DNA of 32,000 nucleotides from Nitrososphaera viennensis EN76 (lineage in GTDB: Archaea; Thermoproteota; Nitrososphaeria; Nitrososphaerales; Nitrososphaeraceae). The stretch lies in contig NZ_CP007536.1 in the NCBI RefSeq assembly GCF_000698785.1, positions 2,370,001 through 2,402,000 of the forward strand. The letters are read 5' to 3'. The notes beneath the pieces were generated by a model. That model was not told the DNA's origin, searched no databases, and saw nothing but the letters and a program-made list of their open reading frames with translations. The position numbers and the translations under genes are program-made. Positions 1 through 8,555 of this stretch are shown here, one piece after another. Positions within the stretch are counted from its first letter, which is position 1. Each line of letters opens with the position of its first letter.

Positions 1-51
1 TAAAGTTGATTGCTTCTCGGTACCGCTTGAAAAAGCCTGATTTCTCGCCGC

Positions 52-1098
52 TCAATTCAGCGCCGGCTCTCTTCCCTTGAAATGTTTGTACACCGGCTCG
101 ATTATCCTGTTGACGTACGTCGCAGCCGCGTTTTTCAGGTCCATAGGGTGGATTTTTTTTGCGACAAAATCGCTTTCGACTTCCTTATAGCCGCCGTACG
201 TCGTGCTGCCGCCGTACTTGGCCGGCCTCTCTACCGTAAACTCGGAAAACTCGTGGAACGCGACATAGCGCACAAGCTCAAGCACGGGGTTGCCCTCCGC
301 CACGCCGACTGGGCAGAACGCCTTGGCTATCTTTTCCCTTATCGCCTTTTCATCGTCGTGTATCAAAATCCCGCTTGCCGGCTTGCTCTTGCTCATCTTG
401 CTTGACACCTTGGCGTCTTCGGTTGCGTTTTCGTCAAGGCCAAGCTTGACCGGCTCTGTAAGGCCGGGGAGCAGGTGGTGGTGGACGCACACTGGCGGCT
501 TCCATCCCATCTTGGGGAATATCTCCCGTACAAGCATGTGGATCTTGCGCTGGTCCATCCCAGAATGCACGATGTCAAGGTCAAGCGCCTTGATGTCGAC
601 TGACTGCATGGGCGGGTACAGGAGCTGGCCGAGGTCCATGTTGTCCGTCTCTTTTCTGCCCATTATCGTGAGCGAGCGCATGGTCCTTGCAAGCGTCATG
701 TGCTTTGAAAAGCGCACGAAATTCTCCCAGTATCCCGGCGTCTTTTCGTACAGGTCGCTGCCAGTGACGACATTGACTCCGGGGCAAAAGAACTGGAACG
801 CGTCGGCGTAGTACTGCGACACCTTTCGTATCCTGTCCCAGTCTCCTCCCAGCTTGTCGTTGATGTATGTGTGCCAGTCGGCAAGAAAGACCGTGCAGTC
901 GATTCCTGCCTTGATAAAGTCGTTTATCTTGAAACCCGTAAGTATCAGGCTGCCAAGGTGCAGTATGCCGGATATTTCGAGCCCGATGTAGTGCCTTGGC
1001 CGGCTCTTTGTCTCAAGGAGCGCCCTCAGCTCGCCTTCAGTGATTACTTCTTCTGTAGGCTCTCTCATGACAAGCGCGACGCGCTCTTCAACATCCAT
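52..1098 (-). CDS. tyrS: Tyrosyl-tRNA synthetase (archaeal type, class I)
   Basis: 348-aa ORF colinear with the archaeal (M. jannaschii-type) TyrRS as I recall it. HIGH-region variant 'ISGILHLG', 'GMDQRKIHML', KMSKS loop 'KMSKSKP', C-terminal 'HPMDLKNA'. Confidence 0.9.
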   Translation of the reverse strand: MDVEERVALVMREPTEEVITEGELRALLETKSRPRHYIGLEISGILHLGSLILTGFKINDFIKAGIDCTVFLADWHTYINDKLGGDWDRIRKVSQYYADAFQFFCPGVNVVTGSDLYEKTPGYWENFVRFSKHMTLARTMRSLTIMGRKETDNMDLGQLLYPPMQSVDIKALDLDIVHSGMDQRKIHMLVREIFPKMGWKPPVCVHHHLLPGLTEPVKLGLDENATEDAKVSSKMSKSKPASGILIHDDEKAIREKIAKAFCPVGVAEGNPVLELVRYVAFHEFSEFTVERPAKYGGSTTYGGYKEVESDFVAKKIHPMDLKNAAATYVNRIIEPVYKHFKGREPALN

Positions 1099-1129
1099 CT
1101 ATCTCTCGTAAAAGCGGGCCGTCGCAGTT

Positions 1130-1834
1130 CTATAAACCTTGTACCCCTATGACAGGAGAGTGGTCCTCGAGCCACTCTTTGTGCTGCCTGTAGCCGGGGT
1201 CTGCCGACTCTACCAGCTGCCAGAACCTTTTAGAGTGGTTCATCTCTGTAATGTGGCACAGTTCGTGCACGATGACATAATCGATGACCTCTGCCGGCGC
1301 GGCGGAAAGTAGCAGGTTAAAGTTCAGGTTCCTTTTCTTTGAGCAGCTGGCCCAGCGCGATTTCTGGCGCTTTACTGTGAACTTGTTGTACGTCAGGCCA
1401 AGCCTAGCGCTCAGGCCAGGCAGGCGCTCTGCGATGACTTTTGCTGTTTGTTCTCTGTACCACTGCTCTATCTCTCGCTTGTACCTGCGCATGTCTGTCA
1501 CGTGGAACGTGGCCGTGCCAAGCCCGTCCGAAACAATGGCAGAAGCAAGCCTGTCCTTGACTAGGCGCACGCGGTACCTCCTGCCGAGATAATAGACGAC
1601 ATCGGATTCTGTGTGGCCGGTTTTTTCGCGCAGCCTGCTGTAATAGTTTGCAGTCTTGATTATCCAGTCGCGCTTGTACTGCACAAACTCTTGCAGCTTG
1701 TCCTCATCATAGCCTGCCGGCACCACCGCCTCGACCCCGCGTATGCCGGAAACAAGGCGCAGGCGCCTTGCCCTGCTGCTCGTCCTGACGCTGATGCACA
1801 GGATGCTGCCGTCGTCAAGCGGAAGCGAAAGCAA
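1130..1834 (-). CDS. DUF45/YgjP-like zinc metallohydrolase (M48-like)
   Basis: 234-aa ORF. C-terminal 'RWASCS' plus HExxH motif 'VHELCHITEMNHSKRFW' is typical of the YgjP/DUF45 family. Confidence 0.75.
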   Translation of the reverse strand: MLSLPLDDGSILCISVRTSSRARRLRLVSGIRGVEAVVPAGYDEDKLQEFVQYKRDWIIKTANYYSRLREKTGHTESDVVYYLGRRYRVRLVKDRLASAIVSDGLGTATFHVTDMRRYKREIEQWYREQTAKVIAERLPGLSARLGLTYNKFTVKRQKSRWASCSKKRNLNFNLLLSAAPAEVIDYVIVHELCHITEMNHSKRFWQLVESADPGYRQHKEWLEDHSPVIGVQGL

Positions 1835-1911
1835 GCCAGCGGAAATCCTGCGTGCCAGCTTTAAAGTCTTGTGCGCAATTATATTGCACCTTTTTCAAAC
1901 AACTGTTGATA

Positions 1912-2157
1912 ATGCCTGTTGCCATCAGGATAAAACAGGGCGGCCTTGAGAAGGCTTTATCATCTCTTGACATCGACGAGGGAGTGAGGATCGAGTCCGG
2001 CGGGAAAAAGAAAAAGATGTTTGTCAACAGAAGCACGTCTGGCATTTTTGTGGTGCAGATTGGAGAAGAGGAGTTCTGTTACCTCGATTCTGCGGCGCAG
2101 GTGGTAAAACTTGCAGACAAGATTTTTGGGAAAAAATACTCAGCGTACGCCTACTGA
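1912..2157 (+). CDS. Hypothetical small protein (81 aa from the internal ATG)
   Basis: The track ORF runs 1852-2157. ATG at 1912 lies about 23 nt downstream of an A/T box (AATTATAT, 1878-1885), consistent with a near-leaderless start. No recognisable family. Confidence 0.45.
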   Translation: MPVAIRIKQGGLEKALSSLDIDEGVRIESGGKKKKMFVNRSTSGIFVVQIGEEEFCYLDSAAQVVKLADKIFGKKYSAYAY

Positions 2158-2996
2158 TGCCTAAAGCGGGCAATAACTATCATTGCCATAGCGACCGCAA
2201 CTGCCGTAATAGCCGCAGTGCCAAATTCTGGTACGGCCGTGGTCCCAATTATGTCGATATTGTGTACTTTATCTCCATCGTACCGGAATGAAATTGTGGT
2301 CGTATCTATGCCTGTCGCGTTGGAAAACATACTTTCAAACTCTGCTGGCTGGCCTTCTGCAAGAACCGTGTACGGGCCTCCAAGGAATTCGTGCGGCAGC
2401 GAAATCTGGAAAAAGCCTTCTTCATCGGCTGTGCGGCTTATCTCTATATGCAGCTGCCTTTTGCCTTGATCGAAGGAAAAGTTGCACGTGTCTGCGTTTG
2501 TGACTGTCGCAAGTTTGAATCCCATGCCTCCGTCCACGGTTGCATCAAAGGAATTGCCCTTCCTGGGCGTCATCGTCCCTCCGCCTATCAGGAATGTTCC
2601 AACTATATCGATCTGCTTGTTCCCCTTTTGAAACGGGATCTCTAATGCAACATTGGAATTGGTACGCGTCACGCTGGCAAATACCTCTATCTGATCAACG
2701 AAGAATACTAGCTCAGACTCTGTATTGATAGAAATACGGTTCAACAAACTATCTGGCAGGTTGATCAGCAGCTTGCCGTCAGAGTCCGCTTGGATCATTA
2801 CGGTTATGTTCGAATACCTGTCGTTTACTTTAATGGAGTCGACGCTGCCGCTCGTGATACTGTATGTAATTACGTACGATTTATCGCAGACATAAACTGC
2901 ATACGCATTTAGACTGCTAGAGGAATTCTGCGCGTAAGCCGGGATTGCTGCAAGGATTAACAATGATACTGCCATGCCTGCAAGCAGCGGCTTCAA
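2151..2996 (-). CDS. Secreted surface protein with PEFG-CTERM sorting signal, two internal repeat modules
   Basis: N-terminal signal peptide ('LLILAAIPAYAQN'). C-terminus 'TTAVPEFGTAAITAVAVAMAMIVIARFRHQ' is a PEFG motif, a TM helix and a basic tail, i.e. the thaumarchaeal PEP-CTERM-like sorting signal. Two roughly 110-aa modules each end in 'IDI(V/I)GT'. Confidence 0.8.
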   Translation of the reverse strand: MKPLLAGMAVSLLILAAIPAYAQNSSSSLNAYAVYVCDKSYVITYSITSGSVDSIKVNDRYSNITVMIQADSDGKLLINLPDSLLNRISINTESELVFFVDQIEVFASVTRTNSNVALEIPFQKGNKQIDIVGTFLIGGGTMTPRKGNSFDATVDGGMGFKLATVTNADTCNFSFDQGKRQLHIEISRTADEEGFFQISLPHEFLGGPYTVLAEGQPAEFESMFSNATGIDTTTISFRYDGDKVHNIDIIGTTAVPEFGTAAITAVAVAMAMIVIARFRHQ

Positions 2997-3043
2997 CTAT
3001 TCCCGTATCTGGGAACGTGGTTTTTGAACATTATGGAGTTTTG

Positions 3044-4150
3044 CTAGATGACGCCGGCTTCGCGCAGCTTCCGCGGCAGGTATACCTCAGCCAGATACTT
3101 GAAACCGTGCTTGAAGAACGCGTCCAGCTCGCATTTTTCCTTGCGCTTCAAAAAGAGGTCGAGCTCTTTCTGCCACTGCTTGTCCTGGAACCACGGCTTT
3201 TTCTTCATGTCGTTTGCCCTGTTGATGTCCTCGTCGGACGCTGCAAGCCTCGCAACCTCCGGGATGTTGTATTCGTAAATGTCCGAGAACATCATGCCGA
3301 GCACCTTGGCGTTTGGAGTCACCAGCCTGTCGCTATCGTAACTCAACGATTCGCTTCCGATCTTGTAGCGCAGAGCGATGCCGAGGCCCCACGGGTCTGC
3401 GTCCGCGAAAACGACCACCGGCTTTTTCCATTCCTCGTTGAGCGTCTTGACCATCATCCTCGTTGCGCGGTCCGGCTCGCCCGAGCCCGTCAGCAGTATT
3501 GCGTTGTATTTCTGGATAAAGCCGGACTTGCGTATGTTGTTAAGCACGGTGTCTTTCTCGACTACCATCACAAAGTCGGCCTTGACCTTTACTATCTCCA
3601 GGTCGCGGATGTTGGTCGGAATCAATTGAGAAGTGGCCCTGCTCCCAAGGTTGCAGTCGATGATGTCGCCTCCCACGCGAAGCGTTATCGGCCCGGAGAT
3701 CATGCCTTTTGGCTTTGAAGTAACAGAGAACTCTTCGCGGGGCGTGCCGGTCAACAGTTCCAGCGCCTTTATCGCGTCGTCGGACTCGTCCTGGCCCTTC
3801 CAGAACTTTTGCTTGTTCTTTTCATCGCCTACAGTGCTCAGCGTTGCGTAGTACATGCCCCTGATGGTGCTTTCCATCTCCTCGTCCAGCAGCTTGCGGA
3901 TAGCGTTTGCCATGACGAGGTACTGCGCAAACGTGGGGATCTTTTTCGTGCTGTCGGGGCTTATCCTGACCGTCTTGTCGCCTATCGTCAGCATCCTCTT
4001 TTCGTCGGACCAGACGGTGTTGTCATAGCCTACCTTTGGCACGTCGAGCACCGGCATCGTCTTTTCTATCATCAGGTCGGTGCTGACGTCCTTCATTATC
4101 AGGCCGATCTTTTTCATGACTTCCTGATGGCGCTTGTCTTTTGTTGGCAT
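3044..4150 (-). CDS. top6A: DNA topoisomerase VI subunit A (Spo11-like)
   Basis: 368-aa ORF directly downstream of top6B (3-nt gap). Length and colinearity fit Top6A: winged-helix region with the catalytic Tyr area 'RGMYYATL', and a Toprim-like 'ILLTGSGEPDRATR...VFADADPWG'. Confidence 0.9.
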   Translation of the reverse strand: MPTKDKRHQEVMKKIGLIMKDVSTDLMIEKTMPVLDVPKVGYDNTVWSDEKRMLTIGDKTVRISPDSTKKIPTFAQYLVMANAIRKLLDEEMESTIRGMYYATLSTVGDEKNKQKFWKGQDESDDAIKALELLTGTPREEFSVTSKPKGMISGPITLRVGGDIIDCNLGSRATSQLIPTNIRDLEIVKVKADFVMVVEKDTVLNNIRKSGFIQKYNAILLTGSGEPDRATRMMVKTLNEEWKKPVVVFADADPWGLGIALRYKIGSESLSYDSDRLVTPNAKVLGMMFSDIYEYNIPEVARLAASDEDINRANDMKKKPWFQDKQWQKELDLFLKRKEKCELDAFFKHGFKYLAEVYLPRKLREAGVI

Positions 4151-4153
4151 GTC

Positions 4154-6157
4154 CTACTTCTTTTTCCTCCCGCCTTTTTTTGTCAGGACCGCGTCAAGGG
4201 TTGTTTGACCTCCTTCCTTCTTGTTCTTGGGCTTGCTGCGCTCGCCCTTTCTCCTAGCCGCATTTATGGCCAACTGGCTTTTTGAGCGCTTTACAACTTC
4301 GCCGTCAATCTCTTCTTCCACAACCTCCTCGCCTGCTTCTTCCTCGATGCGCTCGCCGGTTATCTCGTCCTCTTTTTCTTGCACCGGCGTTGCGGTTATC
4401 TCGCCAGAGACGTGCTTTTCGGCAAGCTGCGTGAACGCCTGTTCGAGCTTTTGCGAGTCTATCTTGATGGATTCAGAAATGGCATTTACGATGAGCGGTA
4501 TGTAGTACTTGTAGAGAGAAAGCCTGCTCTGCGCCTCCTTCATGCGCAATTCCTTGCGTATCTGGGCGCTGACCTTGCGATACAGATCAGATAAACATGC
4601 TTTCATGTAGCGCTTTAATTCGCCTTCTGAGGCGATGCTCTCCTTGCCGGCCGTCTTGTACGGGATTTTTGTCGAGCAGATGTGGAAGAATATGTGCAGC
4701 GGCAACAACTCGACTGCCCTGTCCGACTTGGCATCGGGGTTGGCAAACTGCTCCTTGACCTCCTTTTTGGAGATGCCCATCTTGTTTATCTCTACCTCTG
4801 ATACCACTTCCCTTGCGACGTCAGAGCCCTCGTCGTACAAAAGCGGTATCTTGTTTGCAAACCTGTAGAGCTTGAACGAGCCGATGTCGCCTCCGTACGC
4901 GATCCCGCATTCCACTATCGTCGGGCGGTTGTTGATGACACACGTCCTTGACGAATAAGCGGTAAGCGACGGCTTTAGGATCTTGACTGAAAGCTGCGGC
5001 TGCGTGCCCTGCGCGGCCTCGTCCTTGTTCGTGATTATCGTGTATTCCTGCGTCATGCCTGCGGTGAGTATGTCCTCGCCAATCGGGCTCAGGTGGTCGG
5101 TGTTTGGCATGTGGAATTTCGTCTGCTTGCAGATGTTGACCACCTTGATGAGCTCGTGCTCGTCGTACTTGTCGGCAGGCTTGTTTTCAAGGCCGGCCTC
5201 CGAGATTATCTGCCTTGCCTTCTCGCTTGACAGCTTTTGAAACGAGTCGGAAAGGACTCCCTGCAGGGTCGTTTTCTGGTTCATGAAATTCATGATGGCC
5301 TTTTTCAGCGTCTTTAGGTCCATGTCTGCCGGGTGCGGGAGCACCTCTTTTGCCGGCTCGGGCATCCTGTCCGTCCTGCGGTCAAACGCGACCTTGCCCT
5401 CGTCGGTCTCAAACTCGATGTGGGCGTAAGGGTTGACGACTGAGGTCTGGCTGATGTAATCGTAGATCCTGCTTTTTGTAATAGGGGAAAGCTTTGCCCG
5501 AAGCATCGCCTCGACTCGAAAACCCGAGTCGCCGCTCATGGCGGCATCTTCCTTTACCTGCCTTTTTGCAAGCACTATTGGCCTGTTGGTGCTGATGTCG
5601 GTGCGCAGCTCGAAATAGTATTCCGCGCCTTCTTCCAGGGACTTGCTCCACACCTTCAGCGGGTGGTCGGTGTCTTTGGTCGAAAAGGCGGCAATCATCT
5701 TCAATCCCACGCCAAAGAGCCCGCGCTGCTGCTTTTCCACGTACTTGCCCGATGTCAGAAACGAGCATACCGCTACCGGCACCTTGTCAGACGGGATGCC
5801 TATGCCGTTGTCCTGGCATGTGATGGTCCACATCTCGTTTGCCGGGTCTACCATCTTGAGCGACAGCGAAATCCTCGGCAGGATATGGCTGCTCTCGCAA
5901 GAGTCAAGCGAGTTTTCAATGAGCTCGCGGACAGCCATGTAGAGGATGCGCTCGCCAGTAAACCCTGCAAGCGCCGAGTTGTCCACAAAGAACTCCGACT
6001 CTGCCTTTTTGTCGTATTTTACCTTGCCTCGATGTACCGCCCGTGTTTGAGATGCCGGGACATCTGCAGGCTTGACAACAGCAGTAGCAGCGGCAGAAGT
6101 AACCTCGGCGGTAGTAGCCTTTTGCGTCAAACGTTGAGATGTGGCTCCGTAACTCAA
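4154..6157 (-). CDS. top6B: DNA topoisomerase VI subunit B (GHKL ATPase) with N- and C-terminal low-complexity extensions
   Basis: Bergerat-fold motifs 'RELIENSLDS' (N box), 'DNGIGIP' (G1) and 'GLFGVGLK' (G2). The longest ORF starts at TTG 6157. An A/T box abuts that codon, so in-frame TTG 6130 is an alternative start. Confidence 0.9.
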   Translation of the reverse strand: MSYGATSQRLTQKATTAEVTSAAATAVVKPADVPASQTRAVHRGKVKYDKKAESEFFVDNSALAGFTGERILYMAVRELIENSLDSCESSHILPRISLSLKMVDPANEMWTITCQDNGIGIPSDKVPVAVCSFLTSGKYVEKQQRGLFGVGLKMIAAFSTKDTDHPLKVWSKSLEEGAEYYFELRTDISTNRPIVLAKRQVKEDAAMSGDSGFRVEAMLRAKLSPITKSRIYDYISQTSVVNPYAHIEFETDEGKVAFDRRTDRMPEPAKEVLPHPADMDLKTLKKAIMNFMNQKTTLQGVLSDSFQKLSSEKARQIISEAGLENKPADKYDEHELIKVVNICKQTKFHMPNTDHLSPIGEDILTAGMTQEYTIITNKDEAAQGTQPQLSVKILKPSLTAYSSRTCVINNRPTIVECGIAYGGDIGSFKLYRFANKIPLLYDEGSDVAREVVSEVEINKMGISKKEVKEQFANPDAKSDRAVELLPLHIFFHICSTKIPYKTAGKESIASEGELKRYMKACLSDLYRKVSAQIRKELRMKEAQSRLSLYKYYIPLIVNAISESIKIDSQKLEQAFTQLAEKHVSGEITATPVQEKEDEITGERIEEEAGEEVVEEEIDGEVVKRSKSQLAINAARRKGERSKPKNKKEGGQTTLDAVLTKKGGRKKK

Positions 6158-6198
6158 TTTAACTTTTTACGGAATTTTTGTTGACTTGGTGCTAAATG

Positions 6199-6360
6199 TT
6201 AGTCAAACTGGGATCCGTACGGCGTACCGTGGCTCTTTAGCTCCTGCACCTTGAACCCTGTACATTCCACCAGCAGCCTCTTTTTGCCCTTCTGGATGAC
6301 GATATAGTCAGAGCCCGAACCCACCACCGTTCCGTCTACAAGGTCTTTCAGCTGCAGCAC
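6199..6360 (-). CDS. Candidate small ORF (53 aa, GTG start) upstream of top6B
   Basis: Not in the track because it is under 60 aa. Reads VLQLKDLVDGTVVGSGSDYIVIQKGKKRLLVECTGFKVQELKSHGTPYGSQFD. GTG 6360 lies about 23 nt from an A/T box (ATTAATAA, 6391-6384 on the minus strand). No family recognised. Confidence 0.35.
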   Translation of the reverse strand: MLQLKDLVDGTVVGSGSDYIVIQKGKKRLLVECTGFKVQELKSHGTPYGSQFD

Positions 6361-6393
6361 GCATTGTGTTGTGTCGGTGCAAGTTATTAATTC

Positions 6394-6768
6394 TTGATGG
6401 CAGGCTTTTTAACGCCGGGCGGGCAATGGGCGGTTGTGCTGTTACCGCTGCTACCACCCCAAGCCCTGCTGCTGCAAGTCATATCAGACGGCATTTTCAT
6501 TACGCTGATTGGGTCGGCTGCCGCCTGCCTCACTACCAGCAGTTTTCTACCGCAAATATTCAAGGGCTACATGACCAAAAAGATGCAGGACGTCTCGCCG
6601 TACCTGATGGCACTCTATGCGTCCGGCACCACGCTCTGGCTTGCGTACGGGATATTCAAGGATGACTGGGTGATAATAGGGGCAAACGCCCTTGGTACCG
6701 CGTTCAACCTGCTGCTTCTCTACATGAAGCGCATCTACAGGCGCCCATCATCGTCATTGGCCGCCTGA
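6394..6768 (+). CDS. PQ-loop / SemiSWEET-type small membrane transporter
   Basis: Three predicted TM helices. PQ motif 'SSFLPQIFKGY', then 'DVSPYLMALYASGTTLWLAYGI' and 'IIGANALGTAFNLLLLYMK'. The start is uncertain: the core is about 90-110 aa, and in-frame GTG 6436 is plausible. Confidence 0.7.
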   Translation: MMAGFLTPGGQWAVVLLPLLPPQALLLQVISDGIFITLIGSAAACLTTSSFLPQIFKGYMTKKMQDVSPYLMALYASGTTLWLAYGIFKDDWVIIGANALGTAFNLLLLYMKRIYRRPSSSLAA

Positions 6769-6965
6769 GCAAGGTGGTACGGGTTCTGCCTTTCAGCCTG
6801 CGCCATCAGCGCGACCGTGTTTCTCACCAGCTGGTACATATTGTCGTGGCAGGGGCACGCGCACATCCTCGTGACCTGGGAGCCGTTCATCTCTTCCTTG
6901 AAATGCCCCTGGCATTTGCCGTGGTTGTTTTCAACGCAGTCGGCTGACTTGGCCATGTCCTGCAT
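6735..6965 (-). CDS. Small Cys/His-rich hypothetical protein (76 aa)
   Basis: ATG 6965 lies 21 nt from the shared A/T box. Cys/His cluster 'C..NNHGKC..H...C.C.CH'. The 3' end overlaps the SemiSWEET gene by 34 nt. Confidence 0.5.
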   Translation of the reverse strand: MQDMAKSADCVENNHGKCQGHFKEEMNGSQVTRMCACPCHDNMYQLVRNTVALMAQAERQNPYHLAQAANDDDGRL

Positions 6966-6986
6966 GTGTGTGTATGCGCAAATGCA

Positions 6987-6994
6987 TTTAAAAA
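6987..6994. promoter_or_regulatory. Shared TATA-like box (TTTAAAAA) centred between two divergent start codons
   Basis: Exactly 21 nt separate the box from ATG 6965 (minus strand) and from ATG 7016 (plus strand). This spacing fits archaeal TATA-to-TSS distance with leaderless mRNAs on both sides. Confidence 0.5.
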
Positions 6995-7015
6995 TCCTGC
7001 CGTGCCAGCAGGGCT

Positions 7016-7240
7016 ATGGCCAAGAAAAAGAAGCAACAGCAGCAGGAGCTCAAGCTGGAAGGAAGCGCCACCGTGTCTTTAGCCGGCAAGTCTATTTCAA
7101 TAGCGGATGATGAAAATGGAGTGCCCGTCCTTACGGTGACAAACGAGTACGGCAACTCTGCCAGCTACCGCATCGAGGCGCACTCGTTTGACGGCCTGTG
7201 GTCGCAGCTGTGGCAATTTGTCAAGGACAGCCAGCATTAG
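7016..7240 (+). CDS. Hypothetical small protein (74 aa)
   Basis: ATG sits at promoter-compatible spacing from the box at 6987-6994. Lys/Gln-rich N-terminus followed by a beta-rich-looking body. No family recognised. Confidence 0.5.
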   Translation: MAKKKKQQQQELKLEGSATVSLAGKSISIADDENGVPVLTVTNEYGNSASYRIEAHSFDGLWSQLWQFVKDSQH

Positions 7241-7292
7241 CCCTATATCCATATATTCAGGCAGGCAAAAGAACCCCCGGTCGCTATCAGCA

Positions 7293-8465
7293 GTGCTTGT
7301 GGACACCTTCAAGGCAAGCCTGGACCCGTCGCTCTTCAAGCTGTACCGCAGGTACCTCTACTCGCGCTACAAGGCCACGGACGAGCTGGCGCAGGGTGAA
7401 GTCGTCCACGAGATTGCAAAAGAGCGGCTGGGCAAGCTCGCAGGCAAGTTTGAGAAAAACGCGTCGTATTTTGACCCTGGCGAGCAGCTTGCGCTTTCTG
7501 TCAACGGGCTTGCACTCAAGAGCCCTGTCGGGGTTGCCGCCGGCTTTGACAAGAACTGCGACATGCTGCTCCCCATGTCGTACGTCTTTGGCTACATGAA
7601 CCCTGGAAGCATATTGCTAAAGCCGAGGGTCGGAAATCCGCAAAAGCCAAGGTCGGAAGGGACCGTGCGCATGGCAGTAGACGACGAGCGGGGCGCGATA
7701 ATAAACGCCCAGGGGTACCCGCACAAGGGTCTGGAGCATACCGTCAGGAACCTGCAAAAATTCTCGCAGGGAACGCATGGCAGGGCGCGAATCCTGCTGA
7801 ACTTTTCCGGCATCACCGACTTGTACACGGAAGACGCCGTGCTTGATGCGTGCAGGGAGATATTGGTGCGCACGTCGCCCTACGTTGACCTTGGCTTTGA
7901 GGAAAACAGGACGTCGCCAAACACCGACTTTAACAGGGTGCTGCAGAGCCCGGATTTCACGAAAAAGATTATTGACCTGATGAACACGCACGTGCCACCC
8001 GGCAAGATAAAGGCGTCCAAGATCGCCCCTTACAGCGAACTGCCTCCAAAGGATGACGAAAAGGAGGCGCGCATGAAGTCAATAAAGGTGTTTTACGAAA
8101 ACGGCGGGCAGGCCGTTGTGATAGGAAACACGAGGCCGGTGGACACAAGGGCAAGCCCGCTTACGGCCAAGTTTTCCCGGCCCGTTGCCGGGGAAAGCGG
8201 CCGGCCGCTGTTTCCCTATATGCTCCAGATGGTGGAGGACGTGCACAAGGCGTTCCCTGACTTGACGATAATGGCGTGCGGCGGCATCTGGAACGGCGAG
8301 GACGCTTGGCAGGCGTACCAAAAAGGCGCTACGCTTGTCCAGCTGTACACGGCATTGACGTTCCAGGGCTTTGGCATCGTCCGGGAAATCCACGACACGC
8401 TAAAGAAAAAGCTCGCAGGCGAGACCCTGCAGGGCTTTATCGAGAAGCGGGACAGCAGACTGTAG
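7293..8465 (+). CDS. pyrD: Dihydroorotate dehydrogenase, class 2 (quinone-type) like
   Basis: Motifs 'GVAAGFDKN', 'GNPQKPR', 'IINAQGYPHKGLE', 'SPNTD', 'GESGRPLF', 'ACGGIWNGEDAWQAYQKGATLVQLYTAL'. The longest ORF (7188) overlaps the preceding gene. GTG 7293 or 7299 follows an A/T box at about 7243-7258. Confidence 0.8.
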   Translation: MLVDTFKASLDPSLFKLYRRYLYSRYKATDELAQGEVVHEIAKERLGKLAGKFEKNASYFDPGEQLALSVNGLALKSPVGVAAGFDKNCDMLLPMSYVFGYMNPGSILLKPRVGNPQKPRSEGTVRMAVDDERGAIINAQGYPHKGLEHTVRNLQKFSQGTHGRARILLNFSGITDLYTEDAVLDACREILVRTSPYVDLGFEENRTSPNTDFNRVLQSPDFTKKIIDLMNTHVPPGKIKASKIAPYSELPPKDDEKEARMKSIKVFYENGGQAVVIGNTRPVDTRASPLTAKFSRPVAGESGRPLFPYMLQMVEDVHKAFPDLTIMACGGIWNGEDAWQAYQKGATLVQLYTALTFQGFGIVREIHDTLKKKLAGETLQGFIEKRDSRL

Positions 8466-8555
8466 GCGCCCTAACAACACTGTACACCCTAATAGAATGT
8501 TGGAAAACTTTTAATTTATCTTCAATTAATTTGCTTTAAAAAGGGATTTAGGGCA

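Noticed and set aside
2945-3718. 257-aa plus-strand ORF
   Set aside because: It is antisense to top6A, whose frame has clear Topo VI-A features. The ORF is Arg/Leu/Val/His-rich with no motifs, which is typical of a shadow ORF in GC-rich coding DNA.
6366-6665. 99-aa plus-strand ORF in an alternative frame to the SemiSWEET gene
   Set aside because: The product is Arg/Ala/His-rich and not membrane-like. The 6394 frame gives three TM helices and a PQ-loop motif.
8468-8554. CCCTAA (twice) and TTAGGG telomere-like hexamers flanking the pyrD/radical-SAM spacer
   Set aside because: These are short motifs in a 90-nt promoter spacer. A 7-bp long-range complementarity is within chance expectation, and there is no further repeat structure.
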